Below, one piece after another: positions 9,175 through 19,048 of a stretch of DNA of 64,000 nucleotides. Under the pieces are notes generated by a model. That model was not told where the DNA came from and made no database searches. It saw only the letters and a program-made list of their open reading frames with translations. Numbering within the stretch: position 1 is the stretch's first letter; each line of letters opens with the position of its first letter. Where the stretch lies: contig CBDATQ010000001.1 in the NCBI GenBank assembly GCA_965199955.1, positions 1,824,001 through 1,888,000 on the forward strand. The letters run 5' to 3'. The stretch comes from Spirochaetia bacterium (GTDB lineage Bacteria > Spirochaetota > Spirochaetia > SZUA-6 > Bin103). A program made the translations under genes and the position numbers.

Positions 9175-10269
9175 GTGGACTGTAACGAGCATTCATGGAT
9201 CTATATGGCGTGATGGATCAACGTAATGCCACTTCACGACCCGCGGATTCTTGTTGTATTCGCGGATGTATCTCATCAGCTTGCTCTTCAGATCCGCCAC
9301 CGAACTGAACACTCCGCGGGTGATCACGTCGCGCGAGATCTTCGCAAACCACAGCTCCACCTGGTTCAGCCACGATGAGTAGGTCGGCGTGAAATGCAGC
9401 CGCACCATCGGATGGTCGCTGAGAAACTCCTGCACTCGCTTCGTCTTGTGCGCCGACAGGTTGTCAGCGATCACGTGAATCTCCTGACCGGCCGGCTGAT
9501 GCGCCACGATCTCGCGCAGAAACGCCACGAACTGCTCCGAGGTGTGCCGCGTGGCGGTCTTGCCGAGCACCTGGCCGGTCTTCGTATTGAACGCCGCGTA
9601 CAGCGCCAGCGTGCCGTGCCGGTAGTACTCGAACCCGTGCCGTTCGTCCCGACCCGGCGACAGCGGCAGCACCGGGACGTTGCGGTCGAGCGCTTGAATC
9701 GCCGTCTTCTCGTCCACGCAGAACACCGCCGCGTGCGCCGGCGGGTTCAGGTACAGCCCGATGATGTCGGCCGCCTTCTGCTCGAAGTCCGGATCGTTGG
9801 AGCTCATGTAGCGCTCCAACCGGTGCGGCTGCAGCCGGTGCTTGCTCCATACCCGCGCCACCATCATGTGCGACACGCCCAGCTTGGCTGCCAGGCGGCG
9901 CGTGCTCCAGTGCGTGGCGCCATCGGTCGGCGCCTTGCGCGTGGCGTTGAGGATCCTGGCCTCCACGCTCGGGGTGCAGCGAAACGGCTTCTGACCGCGG
10001 TGCCGGCTGTACAGTCCTGCCAATCGCTCGGCCCGAAAGCGGCCAGCCCACATCGCCACGAAGCCGCGGCTGCACTCGGCTCGTTCGCACACTACGTCCC
10101 ACGTGAGTCGCTCAGCGAGCAGCAGAATGACGCGCGCACGGCGCGCATCCTCGGCTCGACCAGTGCGACTCCTGGCCCGCTTGGTGAGTTCGCGATGCTC
10201 GGCTTCGGTCAATACGATTCCCTCTCTCATGCCTCCAATTATAGTACGAAAGCAGATGGTACGGTCCAC
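9175..10269 (-). mobile_element. IS630-family insertion sequence in a CTAG target
   Basis: Ends gtggactgtaac and ggtacggtccac are inverted repeats. Each is flanked by TA (9173-9174 and 10270-10271), which reconstitutes C-TA-G. Confidence 0.93.
9193..10230 (-). CDS. IS630 family DDE transposase
   Basis: N-terminal HTH, THWSTRRLA, CVDEK, YYRHGT, IADN and PTYSSWLNQVE motifs. RBS ggagg before the ATG at 10230. Confidence 0.95.
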   Translation of the reverse strand: MREGIVLTEAEHRELTKRARSRTGRAEDARRARVILLLAERLTWDVVCERAECSRGFVAMWAGRFRAERLAGLYSRHRGQKPFRCTPSVEARILNATRKAPTDGATHWSTRRLAAKLGVSHMMVARVWSKHRLQPHRLERYMSSNDPDFEQKAADIIGLYLNPPAHAAVFCVDEKTAIQALDRNVPVLPLSPGRDERHGFEYYRHGTLALYAAFNTKTGQVLGKTATRHTSEQFVAFLREIVAHQPAGQEIHVIADNLSAHKTKRVQEFLSDHPMVRLHFTPTYSSWLNQVELWFAKISRDVITRGVFSSVADLKSKLMRYIREYNKNPRVVKWHYVDPSRHIDP

Positions 10270-10398
10270 TAGGAGACCCCGGCGGTCGAGACCAGTCGGG
10301 CCTTCTGGAAGGAGATCGCCCTACGACGCGACCAGGAGATTGTCGCCCTCGCCGTATCCGCAAGCGGCTTCAGGCATGGTTATGTCTGAACTGATCCC

Positions 10399-11535
10399 AT
10401 GAGCGAATCTGAGGCGCTGCGCGATCGCCTGAATGCGGAGCTTGATGCCGCGATAGCGGCCGCCTTAGAAGCCGCAGCCCGCGACCGCCACCGCCCGATA
10501 ACGGAGGTAGGCCCGACCGATGCCACGGCACTGTTGGCATCCGTAGCGCGTGTCGCGCATTTCAACCGAGAATATGACGCTGGCGCGCGTACAGTAGCAA
10601 AGCTATCCCTACCGAAGCGTTGGCCGTTGCCCACCGCCGAGCGCATGGCCCGGTGGCTGCTGAAGAACCCGGAGAATCTAACGCTCGCCTCCGCCGTCGC
10701 CGAGGCCGCGATGCTCACTCCTGGCGATGCGCATACCGAGCACGAACGCAACGCACACCGCGCCGCCGAGCAGTGGTTGCGCGACTTTCGCGAGCCCTAC
10801 GAGCTATTGGCCGATGGTGCACCCGGATGTTGGACCCCCGATCGGTGGCTGTCGTTCGCGGTGCTATTCCTGTCTGATCTAGTGGTGACCTATCTCGCTA
10901 CCAAGCGCCAGCGCCAGCCGCTCTACGACCTGGTGGCCGCCTGGCAGCGGTGCCCGACCAAGTCACTGTTTGAGACCGGAAATTTCAGGCCCGAGGTATT
11001 GGCAACTGCAACCGACGTGGATCACGCAACCGAAACCGGAGTGGGTCAGGTATCGTCTCTCTATCTGATGTCTGAGGAATTCATGCTCTTGGCTAAGAGC
11101 GAATTGAAGAACTCCGATTTCTTACAGCGGGGGAGGATCAGATACAGCGCAGGTATCTTCTGTCTTGGCCATGCACTGGAGTTGACGTACAAACTTCTCT
11201 TATTGAAAGACCGAGGAACTTACCCCAAGGGGCATAGATTTGATCGGCTATTTGGCTGCATGATCAAGGAAGACAAGCGTGCCATTTGTCAGATAGTTAG
11301 AGATGCAGGTTGGGACTCTTGTGATCACTTCCACAAGTTCCTGGCCGACGACATATGCTTTCTGGATAGGAAGTACTACGATGTTCTTAGTTCTCTTGAT
11401 CACTGGACGCATGACCTAAGTGACCAGAATTTGGACCACAAATTGTGGCCTCAGGTAGTTCGTTTGTGCGAGCATTTGCATCGATATGCTGCGTCTACGA
11501 TATGGAAAGATCCAAACCTGCCATCGGATCCGTGA
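10399..11535 (+). CDS. Hypothetical protein with a C-terminal HEPN-like domain
   Basis: 378-aa ORF. FCLGHALELTYKLLL...PKGHRFDRLF resembles the HEPN ELxLK...GHxL pattern. The 3' part is markedly lower in GC than the 5' part. Confidence 0.55.
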   Translation: MSESEALRDRLNAELDAAIAAALEAAARDRHRPITEVGPTDATALLASVARVAHFNREYDAGARTVAKLSLPKRWPLPTAERMARWLLKNPENLTLASAVAEAAMLTPGDAHTEHERNAHRAAEQWLRDFREPYELLADGAPGCWTPDRWLSFAVLFLSDLVVTYLATKRQRQPLYDLVAAWQRCPTKSLFETGNFRPEVLATATDVDHATETGVGQVSSLYLMSEEFMLLAKSELKNSDFLQRGRIRYSAGIFCLGHALELTYKLLLLKDRGTYPKGHRFDRLFGCMIKEDKRAICQIVRDAGWDSCDHFHKFLADDICFLDRKYYDVLSSLDHWTHDLSDQNLDHKLWPQVVRLCEHLHRYAASTIWKDPNLPSDP

Positions 11536-11543
11536 AGAAGCCG

Positions 11544-11642
11544 CTCACGGCCCGAGGCGTGATGGAGGCATCGGCTCTCTACGAATCGCCCTTCAGCAAG
11601 CTGCACGCCGACAGGCTCGATGCACTGTTTGGCGGACAGGAA
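11544..11642 (+). pseudogene. Short remnant of a type I restriction HsdR C-terminus (EcoEI_R_C-like)
   Basis: Translates LTARGVMEASALYESPFSKLHADRLDALFGG, recognisable as the LTxxGVMxxxxLYExPF...LF tail of HsdR proteins. Confidence 0.6.
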
Positions 11643-11695
11643 CGCAGACATCGGAAGGCTCGGTCTATGATCTCAACCGAGGAGAGACCACTCAA

Positions 11696-13210
11696 ATGAG
11701 CACGCGCCGGCCGCATCGGCTGATCCTGTGCAACGACGGCAACGCCATCGCCGGCCCGACGCGCGAGGTGCCGCTCGGCGAGCAGGGCCTGGTGGAGCTG
11801 GCGATCGATCCGTTGCGGGACACGCTGGTCGACACGCTGTATTGGCAGCTCGGCACCGACCCGTACTTCGGCACGCCCACGCACCGCCTCACCGACCACT
11901 ACAGCCACGATACGGCCGTCGGTCCGCGCTGGGGCGCCGGGACGGAGCGCTTCGCTACGGCCTCGCAGTGGCGGGTGTACGAGAACACGCGGGCGCTGAT
12001 CGAGGCCGGCACCGACCCGCCGGCGGTGCTGATCGAGCACGGACACCGCGCCGGCCTGCAGGTGTTCCTGTCGATGCGGGTCAACGACGTTCACGACCGC
12101 AATCTGCCGGGCGGTCTGGACGACCCGCTGATGTCGCCGATGAAACGGGACAACCGCGACTGGATCCTGGGCGGCGAGGGCATGCGCCGGACCGCTTTGG
12201 ACTTCGCGGTGCCGGCGGTGCGCGACTACAAGCTGGCGCTGGCCGAGGAGGCGATCGACCGCTACGACCTGGACGGCCTGGACTGGGACTTCTGCCGCGT
12301 GCCGGTCTTCTTCCGGCCTGGTGAGGTGGGGCGCGGGACGGCGCTGATGACCGACCTGGTAGGCCGGCTCAAGGTGGCGCTCGCGCGCAAGAGCGAGCGG
12401 GCGGGGCGACAGGTTTTGTTCTCCGCGCGGGTGCCGGGATCGCTCGACGGGGCGCTGGCCGCCGGGCTGGACGTGCGCACCTGGATCGAGCGGGGGCTGA
12501 TCGACGTGGTGGTGGTCGGCCACGCCATCGGCTCCCGGTTCCGACTGCCGGTGGAGGAGTACGTGGCCGCGGCGCGCGGCACGGACGTGGAGGTGATCGC
12601 CCAGAACCTGGGCCTGTTCATGCAGCCGCGCCCGAGCTGGGCCGGGTTGCTGTTCGGCGAGCGCGACTACTACTCCACCGAGATGTGCCGGGCGGTCGCG
12701 GCCGTGCATCACCGCGCGGGGGCGGACGGCCTCTACCTGTTCAACAATCACTACCTACAGGTCACCCGCGACGCCGGCTACGACCGCCGGCCGTGGCGGG
12801 AGATCGCGGCCCCGGCGCTCATCGCGCGCCGCGACAAGCACTATCTGGTCGATCAGCGGGAGACGGCGGGCGGGCCGCTGCCGATAGCCCTGCAGCGCCC
12901 CGGCGACCGTGCCGAGCTGCGGATCGACGTCGCCGACGATCCCGCCGACGGCGGTCAGGCCACGCTGCGGGTGCTGATCGAGCAGCTCACCGCGCCGGAC
13001 GAGGTCGCCATCGAGCTGAACGGCGCCCCGCTCGACCCGGACCGGGCGCGGCGGCGCATCCACTTCAACGACGCCTGGCTGGACCTGGACGCCACCGGGC
13101 ACCTGCGCCAGGGGTGGAACGCGCTCTCCGTGCGGGTGGTGGCCCGGAACGACCGCGTCGGCTGCCCGCTCAGCTTGGCCAGCGTGGAGGTGCTGGTCCG
13201 CTACTCGTAG
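11696..13210 (+). CDS. Glycoside-hydrolase-like TIM-barrel protein (GHL10-like)
   Basis: LILCNDG, FLSMRVNDVH, LDFAVPAVR, YDLDGLDWDFCR and GADGLYLFN motifs. RBS gaggag. Confidence 0.75.
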   Translation: MSTRRPHRLILCNDGNAIAGPTREVPLGEQGLVELAIDPLRDTLVDTLYWQLGTDPYFGTPTHRLTDHYSHDTAVGPRWGAGTERFATASQWRVYENTRALIEAGTDPPAVLIEHGHRAGLQVFLSMRVNDVHDRNLPGGLDDPLMSPMKRDNRDWILGGEGMRRTALDFAVPAVRDYKLALAEEAIDRYDLDGLDWDFCRVPVFFRPGEVGRGTALMTDLVGRLKVALARKSERAGRQVLFSARVPGSLDGALAAGLDVRTWIERGLIDVVVVGHAIGSRFRLPVEEYVAAARGTDVEVIAQNLGLFMQPRPSWAGLLFGERDYYSTEMCRAVAAVHHRAGADGLYLFNNHYLQVTRDAGYDRRPWREIAAPALIARRDKHYLVDQRETAGGPLPIALQRPGDRAELRIDVADDPADGGQATLRVLIEQLTAPDEVAIELNGAPLDPDRARRRIHFNDAWLDLDATGHLRQGWNALSVRVVARNDRVGCPLSLASVEVLVRYS

Positions 13211-13373
13211 CGCACCGCCCGCGGCAGAAGCCAAAGCTAAAATGATTCAACCGATATCCGGCGTTCATTGACTTTCGATTGCCTTGTCTGTTGACTCGGG
13301 GTGCTCGCTACTAAATGCCAAGAGTTCCCACCTATTGCTCACGGCGAGCTCAAGAGGACAGGGTACACATCAG

Positions 13374-13655
13374 TCATCCCCACGAGCATGCTCTCACTGA
13401 TCCGACATTGAGAACTGCGAATCTTCCTCCCTTCCTGACACCGAAGCCTTTCCCTGTCAACAGCTCGCGAACACAATCAACCGCGTGATCGTGGCGCTTC
13501 TGTCCGTTCTTCTCCAGCCAATTCACAGAAAGGTGATCCTCACTCTCTCGACGCATGAATGAACCTGCGGTAGGCATGCCGCCCTCGACGGTAGATGGCT
13601 TGCAGTAGCGAGCTACGTGATCTATGTCAGGAACCGGCGTGGGTGTGCTGTTCAA
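13374..13655 (-). CDS. Small hypothetical protein, possibly 3'-truncated
   Basis: 93-aa lower-GC ORF (HVARYCKP...LSVNWLE...FAVLNVG) overlapping the stop of the upstream gene by 4 bp. Confidence 0.55.
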   Translation of the reverse strand: MNSTPTPVPDIDHVARYCKPSTVEGGMPTAGSFMRRESEDHLSVNWLEKNGQKRHDHAVDCVRELLTGKGFGVRKGGRFAVLNVGSVRACSWG

Positions 13656-14209
13656 CTTGTTCGAAAAAACGGCTGCAGATCAAATAGTGCAGCATCCGTT
13701 CTCTTGGTTCCTTTTTTCCTTGACGTTGCTCCGAACGCTACGAACCGAACCCAGCCGTGTCGAAGGAACTCGATGGCGACAGCTCCTGAATCTGGATCGT
13801 TCGGGAGTTTCGTCTTCCATTCGGCAACCAATCGTCCGTCCGGACTCACGGAAATCCTCGGTGTTGGCAGAGTTGCGCCATGGTCCACGAAGAAGTTAGC
13901 CATTGTAGATAGCGACTCTACCTCGATGTCTGGTTCATCCGGATCGTGGTTACAAATCTCACGAAGATCCAGCAGCCGGTCGGCGATCTTGTCTAGCCCT
14001 CTTTGTTCCACTGTCTTGATCATCTCTGCCGCATCTTTCGTTGGCCACGAATGGTGGAGACTCGCGATCGACGTATTGCCTGAGTTTCCCGGGGGGGGCG
14101 TGCAGATTGGGAGACAAGTGGCAGCGAAGGAAGTCGCTGAGAAGATCCGGGTGGCTCGGAGAGCCGGTGCCGAATTGCAAGGGACTGTTGACCGGAATGC
14201 GTCCTGCAA
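13652..14209 (-). CDS. Hypothetical protein (start uncertain, ATG 14023 possible)
   Basis: Protein-like C-terminal part IADRLLDL...PRISVSPDGRLVAEW...AIEFLRHGWVRF, coupled to the downstream ORF. Confidence 0.55.
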   Translation of the reverse strand: MQDAFRSTVPCNSAPALRATRIFSATSFAATCLPICTPPPGNSGNTSIASLHHSWPTKDAAEMIKTVEQRGLDKIADRLLDLREICNHDPDEPDIEVESLSTMANFFVDHGATLPTPRISVSPDGRLVAEWKTKLPNDPDSGAVAIEFLRHGWVRFVAFGATSRKKGTKRTDAALFDLQPFFRTS

Positions 14210-14253
14210 GGCTTCCGTTGAGACGAGAGTTCATCGGGCGCCTCGCCGTTGGG

Positions 14254-15372
14254 TCAGTCGCCGATGACCGAGCGGAAGAGCCGGATCAGGTTGCCGCCCA
14301 GGATCATGCGGACTTCCTCGTCGCCGAATCCCCGGCGGCAGAGCTCGCGGGTAACGTTGACCAGCTTGTCGTAGCTGTCGAGCTCCTCCGGAATGCCCAG
14401 GTAGCCGCTCGCAGGCAGGCCATGGGCGCGGCGGAAGTCGTCGCTCAGGTAGAGGTAGTCGCAGCCGAGCGCGATGCGCTCCACGCCGATCGCCTCGGCC
14501 AGGTACTCGACGTGGGTGACCAGGTCGGCGGCCGTGGCCGGGCGGGCGGGGTGCAGGTAGTGGCTGAAGAAGTGCAGGCCGACCACGCCGCCGGTCGCAG
14601 CGACCGCCCGGAGCTGGTCGTCGTCCAGATCGCCCGCCCCCGGAATGGCCCCGCGCGGCGTCCCGTGCAGGAAGGCCACCGGCCGGGTGCTCAGCTCCAT
14701 GACCTGGAAGAAGGTCTTCCTGCTGCAGTGGCCGGGATCGATCAGGACGCCGAGGCGGTTCATCTCGCGCACGGCTTCCCTGCCGAAGTCGGTCAGGCCC
14801 TCGCACACCGGCGGGTCGCGCCGGTCGCAGATGTCGTTGCCGCCGGCCCACGTGAGCTGCAGCACGCGCAGTCCAAGTCCGTAGGCCTCGTGCAGCAGCC
14901 CCAGGTCGCGCTCGATGGGCTTGCCGCCCTCGAAGCCCAGCAGCACCGCGGATCGTCCCGTCTCGTGGGCGCGCACGATGTCGCCCGTGCCCCGCGCCAG
15001 CAGGAGCGCGTCGGGGTGGGCGTCGACGATCGCGCGGATGCTCCTCATCTCGTGCCATGCCGGTTCCGAGAAGCCGGTGTACTCGTGCAGGGAGCGCTCC
15101 CGGTCCTCGACGTCCGAAAAGATGCGGGCGTCCACGGACGCCAGGGTCACCTTGCCGGCCAGGCCGGCGCGGTGCATGGCCAGCAGATGCCCCACGTCGC
15201 AGTAGTGGTCGTGTCCGACGAAGACCGGGGAGGACCGGTGCAGCTCTTCCGCCCGTGCCCCGGAATCGTCGCCTTCGGCTCCGTTTCCGGCCCGTCCCCG
15301 CCTTTCGCTCGGACTCTGTCGAACCGTGCCCCATGCGCGGCCCGGCCGACAGACTCCTCCCGCGTCGCTCAT
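14254..15372 (-). CDS. Membrane dipeptidase (M19) family metallohydrolase
   Basis: GHDH, LGFEG, LQLTW, GLTDFGREAVREMNRLGVLID, ALGCDY and LGGN motifs. Confidence 0.88.
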   Translation of the reverse strand: MSDAGGVCRPGRAWGTVRQSPSERRGRAGNGAEGDDSGARAEELHRSSPVFVGHDHYCDVGHLLAMHRAGLAGKVTLASVDARIFSDVEDRERSLHEYTGFSEPAWHEMRSIRAIVDAHPDALLLARGTGDIVRAHETGRSAVLLGFEGGKPIERDLGLLHEAYGLGLRVLQLTWAGGNDICDRRDPPVCEGLTDFGREAVREMNRLGVLIDPGHCSRKTFFQVMELSTRPVAFLHGTPRGAIPGAGDLDDDQLRAVAATGGVVGLHFFSHYLHPARPATAADLVTHVEYLAEAIGVERIALGCDYLYLSDDFRRAHGLPASGYLGIPEELDSYDKLVNVTRELCRRGFGDEEVRMILGGNLIRLFRSVIGD

Positions 15373-16328
15373 CGCCGCGGGGTCAGTCCCGGTGGGCTGC
15401 CCTTCATGAAGGCGAGGGCGTTGCCGCCCAGGATGCCTGCCGCCGTCTCGGCGCTGAACCTGCCGGGAGCCCGCACGGCGGCGATCCGTGCGGCCATGTC
15501 GGAGCCCTGTGCGAAGTGGGGCCAGTCGGTGCCGAACATGACCCGGTCCGCGCCGGCCGCCTCGACCAGCGCCTCCAGCGCAGGGGAGCCGGGGTCCAGC
15601 GCTCCCAGGTCGGCGTACACGTGCGGATACTCGGCGATGAGGGAGCCCGCCTCGGCTGCGTGCTCGGGCGTGAAGGTGCGCGCGCCGGCGTGCGCCAGGG
15701 AGATGTTGATCGACGGGAACGCGTCGAAGGTCCGGCGCAGGTGGCCGGCGTAGTCCTCCCAGTCGCGCACCCGTGGCCGCACCTCACGGTGTCCCGGCGC
15801 GATCGCCTCGAGCGGCTCGGGCTCGTCTATCCCCAGGTACCAGAACGAGGTGTCGATGATCACCGGGGCCTCGAACTCCGCCGCCAGGGCGATGATCCGC
15901 CGGCAGCGGGGATCGTCCGCGATCTCGCCCCAGAAGGAGGTGACCAGCTTGAGCCCGGCCGCGCCGGTCTCCAGGTTCCGGCGAGCCAGCGCCATGTGGT
16001 CCGGCACCTCCGGTCCCAGGTGGCAGGGGAACCAGTAGAAGCGCTCCCCGCAGCGCTGCATCGCGTCGAGCGGGTAGGTCACGTTCATCGTCGCCCGGAC
16101 GCTCTCCTGGGCGATTCCCTTGCGCGACAGGTCCGACGGGATGTCCTCCGGGCTCCAGCTTATGTAGAATGCCTGGTCGATGCCGCACGCGTCCATCAAC
16201 GCGATGAAGTCCTCCGCGCTGGTAGGCTTCGGGGTGCCGTCCTCCTTCCACACGCTGTAGCGCTGCGGCCGGCCGGCCGCGTCGAACGGCTGGATGAGAT
16301 GGATGTGGGCGTCGATCACGGGCGGCAT
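15369..16328 (-). CDS. Amidohydrolase_2 family protein
   Basis: IDAHIH, GLKL, LAHAG, VMFGTDWP and ILGGNA motifs. RBS aggagg before the ATG at 16328. Confidence 0.88.
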   Translation of the reverse strand: MPPVIDAHIHLIQPFDAAGRPQRYSVWKEDGTPKPTSAEDFIALMDACGIDQAFYISWSPEDIPSDLSRKGIAQESVRATMNVTYPLDAMQRCGERFYWFPCHLGPEVPDHMALARRNLETGAAGLKLVTSFWGEIADDPRCRRIIALAAEFEAPVIIDTSFWYLGIDEPEPLEAIAPGHREVRPRVRDWEDYAGHLRRTFDAFPSINISLAHAGARTFTPEHAAEAGSLIAEYPHVYADLGALDPGSPALEALVEAAGADRVMFGTDWPHFAQGSDMAARIAAVRAPGRFSAETAAGILGGNALAFMKGSPPGLTPRR

Positions 16329-16345
16329 GGGCGAGGTCCTCCTGG

Positions 16346-17773
16346 TCATTCGGTGAGGGTGAAAGCGTACAGCTCCGCGTCGCGGAGGCGGAACTCCAGC
16401 CGCGCGACCCGCCCGCGCAGCGACGCCGGAGTGCCGGTCCAGCGCACCTCCTGGGTCACGCCGGCGCCGGTCAGCGGCCGGCAGTCGCGAAAGAAGAAGC
16501 CGGGCACCGGCAGGCCGGACTCGTCCAGCAGGCGCACGCGCATCTCGCCGCGGACCTGCGCGTTGACCGTCAGCCGCGCGGCGTTCCAGGCGAACGGGCG
16601 CGTGCGCAGCGTGCCCGGCTGCTCCGCGCCCGCGTCGCAGGAGACGAACCCGTCGCGGCGCAGGGTCGCCACGCCGAGCTGGCGGTCGCCGTCCCAGATG
16701 CCCATCTTGTGGCCGCGCGCGTAGCCCGAGTAGTAGATCAGCTCGCGGTCGCCGACCGTCACGCACTCGCCCGCCCACGCCATGGCGTGGTCCCAGCTCC
16801 CCGGCCGGCGGTCGCGGTCCAGCAGCACGCCGTCCTGCCGGGTCCAGTGCTCGCCGTCGCGGCTGGTGCAGAGCTCCGTCCAGCCGATGCCGTGCACGGG
16901 TCCGCCCGCGTCGGCCGGCAGGTCGTCGCGCAGCACGCGCAGGAGGCCCAGGTAGAGCGAACCGCGCATGACCGGCTGCATGCCGTAGAACTCCCGCATC
17001 GGCCCCTCCTCCTCGGGGTCACAGACCACGATCGGGCGAAACGGCGTCCAGCGGCGCAGGTCGGTGCTGGTGGTCTGGGCGACCAGGCGGCGATAGCCGT
17101 CACGGTGGAAGGGCGGCTTGCCGGTGAAGCCGTCGTCGGGCCGACCTGAGTAGCCGGCGGTGACCAGGTAGCGGCCCCGCAGCGGGTCCCAGCAGCCGTT
17201 CAGCCGGTCCTCCATGCGGCGCGCGGTGTCCAGGTAGACAGGGTTGTCGGGATCGTCGGTCCAGTGGAAGCCGTCGGGCGACCAGGCGGCGGAGAAGCGG
17301 TCGCCGCCGGTGTAGAGCAGCACGAAACGTCGCTCCGGGTCGGCGGCGCCGCTCTGCGGGTGCCGGGCATGGTCGACCAGGCACATGCAGTAGGCGCCGC
17401 GGCGCACGACGTTGTTGGCGCGCGACCCGGCGATCTCGACGATGCCCAGCTCCGGGAACCGCCAGGTCAGACCGTCGTCCGACTCGGCGTAGCCGTAGCT
17501 GCGGCGCTCGGAGCCGGTGAAGCCGGCGTCGTACCACATCCGGAACGGCGCGGCGCGGTTGCCGGGATCGTGGAACACCCTGGGGAAGAACAGCACCTGC
17601 GTGTGCCGCGTGCCGGATCCGGACTCCAGGACCGGCCGCGGCAGCCGGCGTGTCTGGTGTGCGGTGCGGGTGAGGGCGCTGGTTCGCTCGATCAGGTAGT
17701 CGTCGATGAATAGGTGGGTGCCGGCGGCCAACTCGATCGGCTGGCCCGGCAGTCCACGCCACGCGTCATCCAT
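16346..17773 (-). CDS. Five-bladed beta-propeller glycosidase-like protein
   Basis: HLFIDDYLI, FRMWY, YAESDDGLTW, WSPDGFHW, SRDGEHW and LRRDGFVS motifs. RBS aaggagg. Confidence 0.75.
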   Translation of the reverse strand: MDDAWRGLPGQPIELAAGTHLFIDDYLIERTSALTRTAHQTRRLPRPVLESGSGTRHTQVLFFPRVFHDPGNRAAPFRMWYDAGFTGSERRSYGYAESDDGLTWRFPELGIVEIAGSRANNVVRRGAYCMCLVDHARHPQSGAADPERRFVLLYTGGDRFSAAWSPDGFHWTDDPDNPVYLDTARRMEDRLNGCWDPLRGRYLVTAGYSGRPDDGFTGKPPFHRDGYRRLVAQTTSTDLRRWTPFRPIVVCDPEEEGPMREFYGMQPVMRGSLYLGLLRVLRDDLPADAGGPVHGIGWTELCTSRDGEHWTRQDGVLLDRDRRPGSWDHAMAWAGECVTVGDRELIYYSGYARGHKMGIWDGDRQLGVATLRRDGFVSCDAGAEQPGTLRTRPFAWNAARLTVNAQVRGEMRVRLLDESGLPVPGFFFRDCRPLTGAGVTQEVRWTGTPASLRGRVARLEFRLRDAELYAFTLTE

Positions 17774-18082
17774 CAGAACCTCCTTCGAGCTGGGTGTGCC
17801 ATTCTTCGTCGGGTTCGCGCATCGAGCCACCATAGCGCACTCCAGCGTCAGATACTGGATGTGTCCAGCCGAGGCGACGCCGACAGGGAGCGACGGCGAT
17901 GGGCGAGACGGTGACGATCCCGAAGGTCGAATACGACCGGCTGCGGGCGCTGGAAGAGGACCTCGCGGACCGGCGCGCAGCGCGCTGCCACCGGTACATT
18001 GCTCTGCCGCTTCCGGCCGGGTAGCATACGACCCTCGACGGCTCGTCCCGAGGGAGGCGGGGCGCGGCAAGGAAGGCAAGGC

Positions 18083-19048
18083 ATGGCAGGCATCTCCGCG
18101 GCAGCGCGGTCGCGCGCGACCAGGCTGCGGGAATCGTCCCTGTTCCGGCGCTTCTACCGCGACCGCTACTACCTGGCGCTGCTGCTGCCCGGCATCGCCT
18201 ACTTCGTCATCTTCCAGTACATCCCGATCTACGGCCTGCAGGTCGCCTTCAAGGACTTCTCGTTCCGCGGGGGCATCCTGGGCAGCCCCTGGGCCGACCA
18301 GTTCGGCATGGCCAACTTCATCCGCTTCTTTTCGGTCTACAACGTCGGCCGGCTGATCGCGAACACCTTCCTGCTCAACCTCTACTCGCTGATTTTCGCC
18401 TTTCCCGTGCCGATAGTGCTGGCGGTCATGCTGCACGAGTCGCCGAGCGCGCCGTTCCGGCGCAGCATCCAGACGGTCACCTATCTCCCCAACTTCATCT
18501 CCATCGTCGCGATCATCGGCATCATGCGGATGATGCTCTCGCCGGGCTCGGGCAGCGTGAATCGCCTGCTCGGGCTGGCCGGCATCGAGCCGATCTACTT
18601 CATGATCGAGCCGGGCTGGTTCCGGCCGCTGTACGTGATTTCCGGGATCTGGCAGACGGCCGGGTTCGGGGCGATCGTCTACCTGGCCGCGCTCGCCTCG
18701 ATCAATCCCGAGCTGTACGAGGCGGCGATCATCGACGGCACGGGGCGCATCCAGCGGATCCGGCACGTATCCATCCCCGGCATCCTGCCGGTGGTGGCCA
18801 TCCTGTTCATCTTCAACATGGGCAACCTGCTGAGCAGCGGCTTCGAGAAGGTGCTGCTCATGCAGCACGGCACCAACCTGGAGGTCTCCGACGTCATCGG
18901 CACGTTCATCTATCGCGTCGGTCTGACGACCGTCGGGAACTACGATCTGGCGACCGCCGTCGGCCTGTTCAACACCGTGATCAATTTCGTGCTGCTGGTT
19001 ACGGCCAACGCGGTGGTCAGACGCATTGCGGGAACGGGCCTGTGGTAA
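18083..19048 (+). CDS. Carbohydrate ABC transporter permease (LplB-like)
   Basis: EAA loop LYEAAIIDG, YIPIYGLQVAFKDF and transmembrane segments. Confidence 0.93.
   Translation: MAGISAAARSRATRLRESSLFRRFYRDRYYLALLLPGIAYFVIFQYIPIYGLQVAFKDFSFRGGILGSPWADQFGMANFIRFFSVYNVGRLIANTFLLNLYSLIFAFPVPIVLAVMLHESPSAPFRRSIQTVTYLPNFISIVAIIGIMRMMLSPGSGSVNRLLGLAGIEPIYFMIEPGWFRPLYVISGIWQTAGFGAIVYLAALASINPELYEAAIIDGTGRIQRIRHVSIPGILPVVAILFIFNMGNLLSSGFEKVLLMQHGTNLEVSDVIGTFIYRVGLTTVGNYDLATAVGLFNTVINFVLLVTANAVVRRIAGTGLW

Noticed and set aside
14091..14098. G8 homopolymer as a phase-variation switch
   Set aside because: It is a single short run in a region where the gene start is uncertain, with no evidence of a frame effect.
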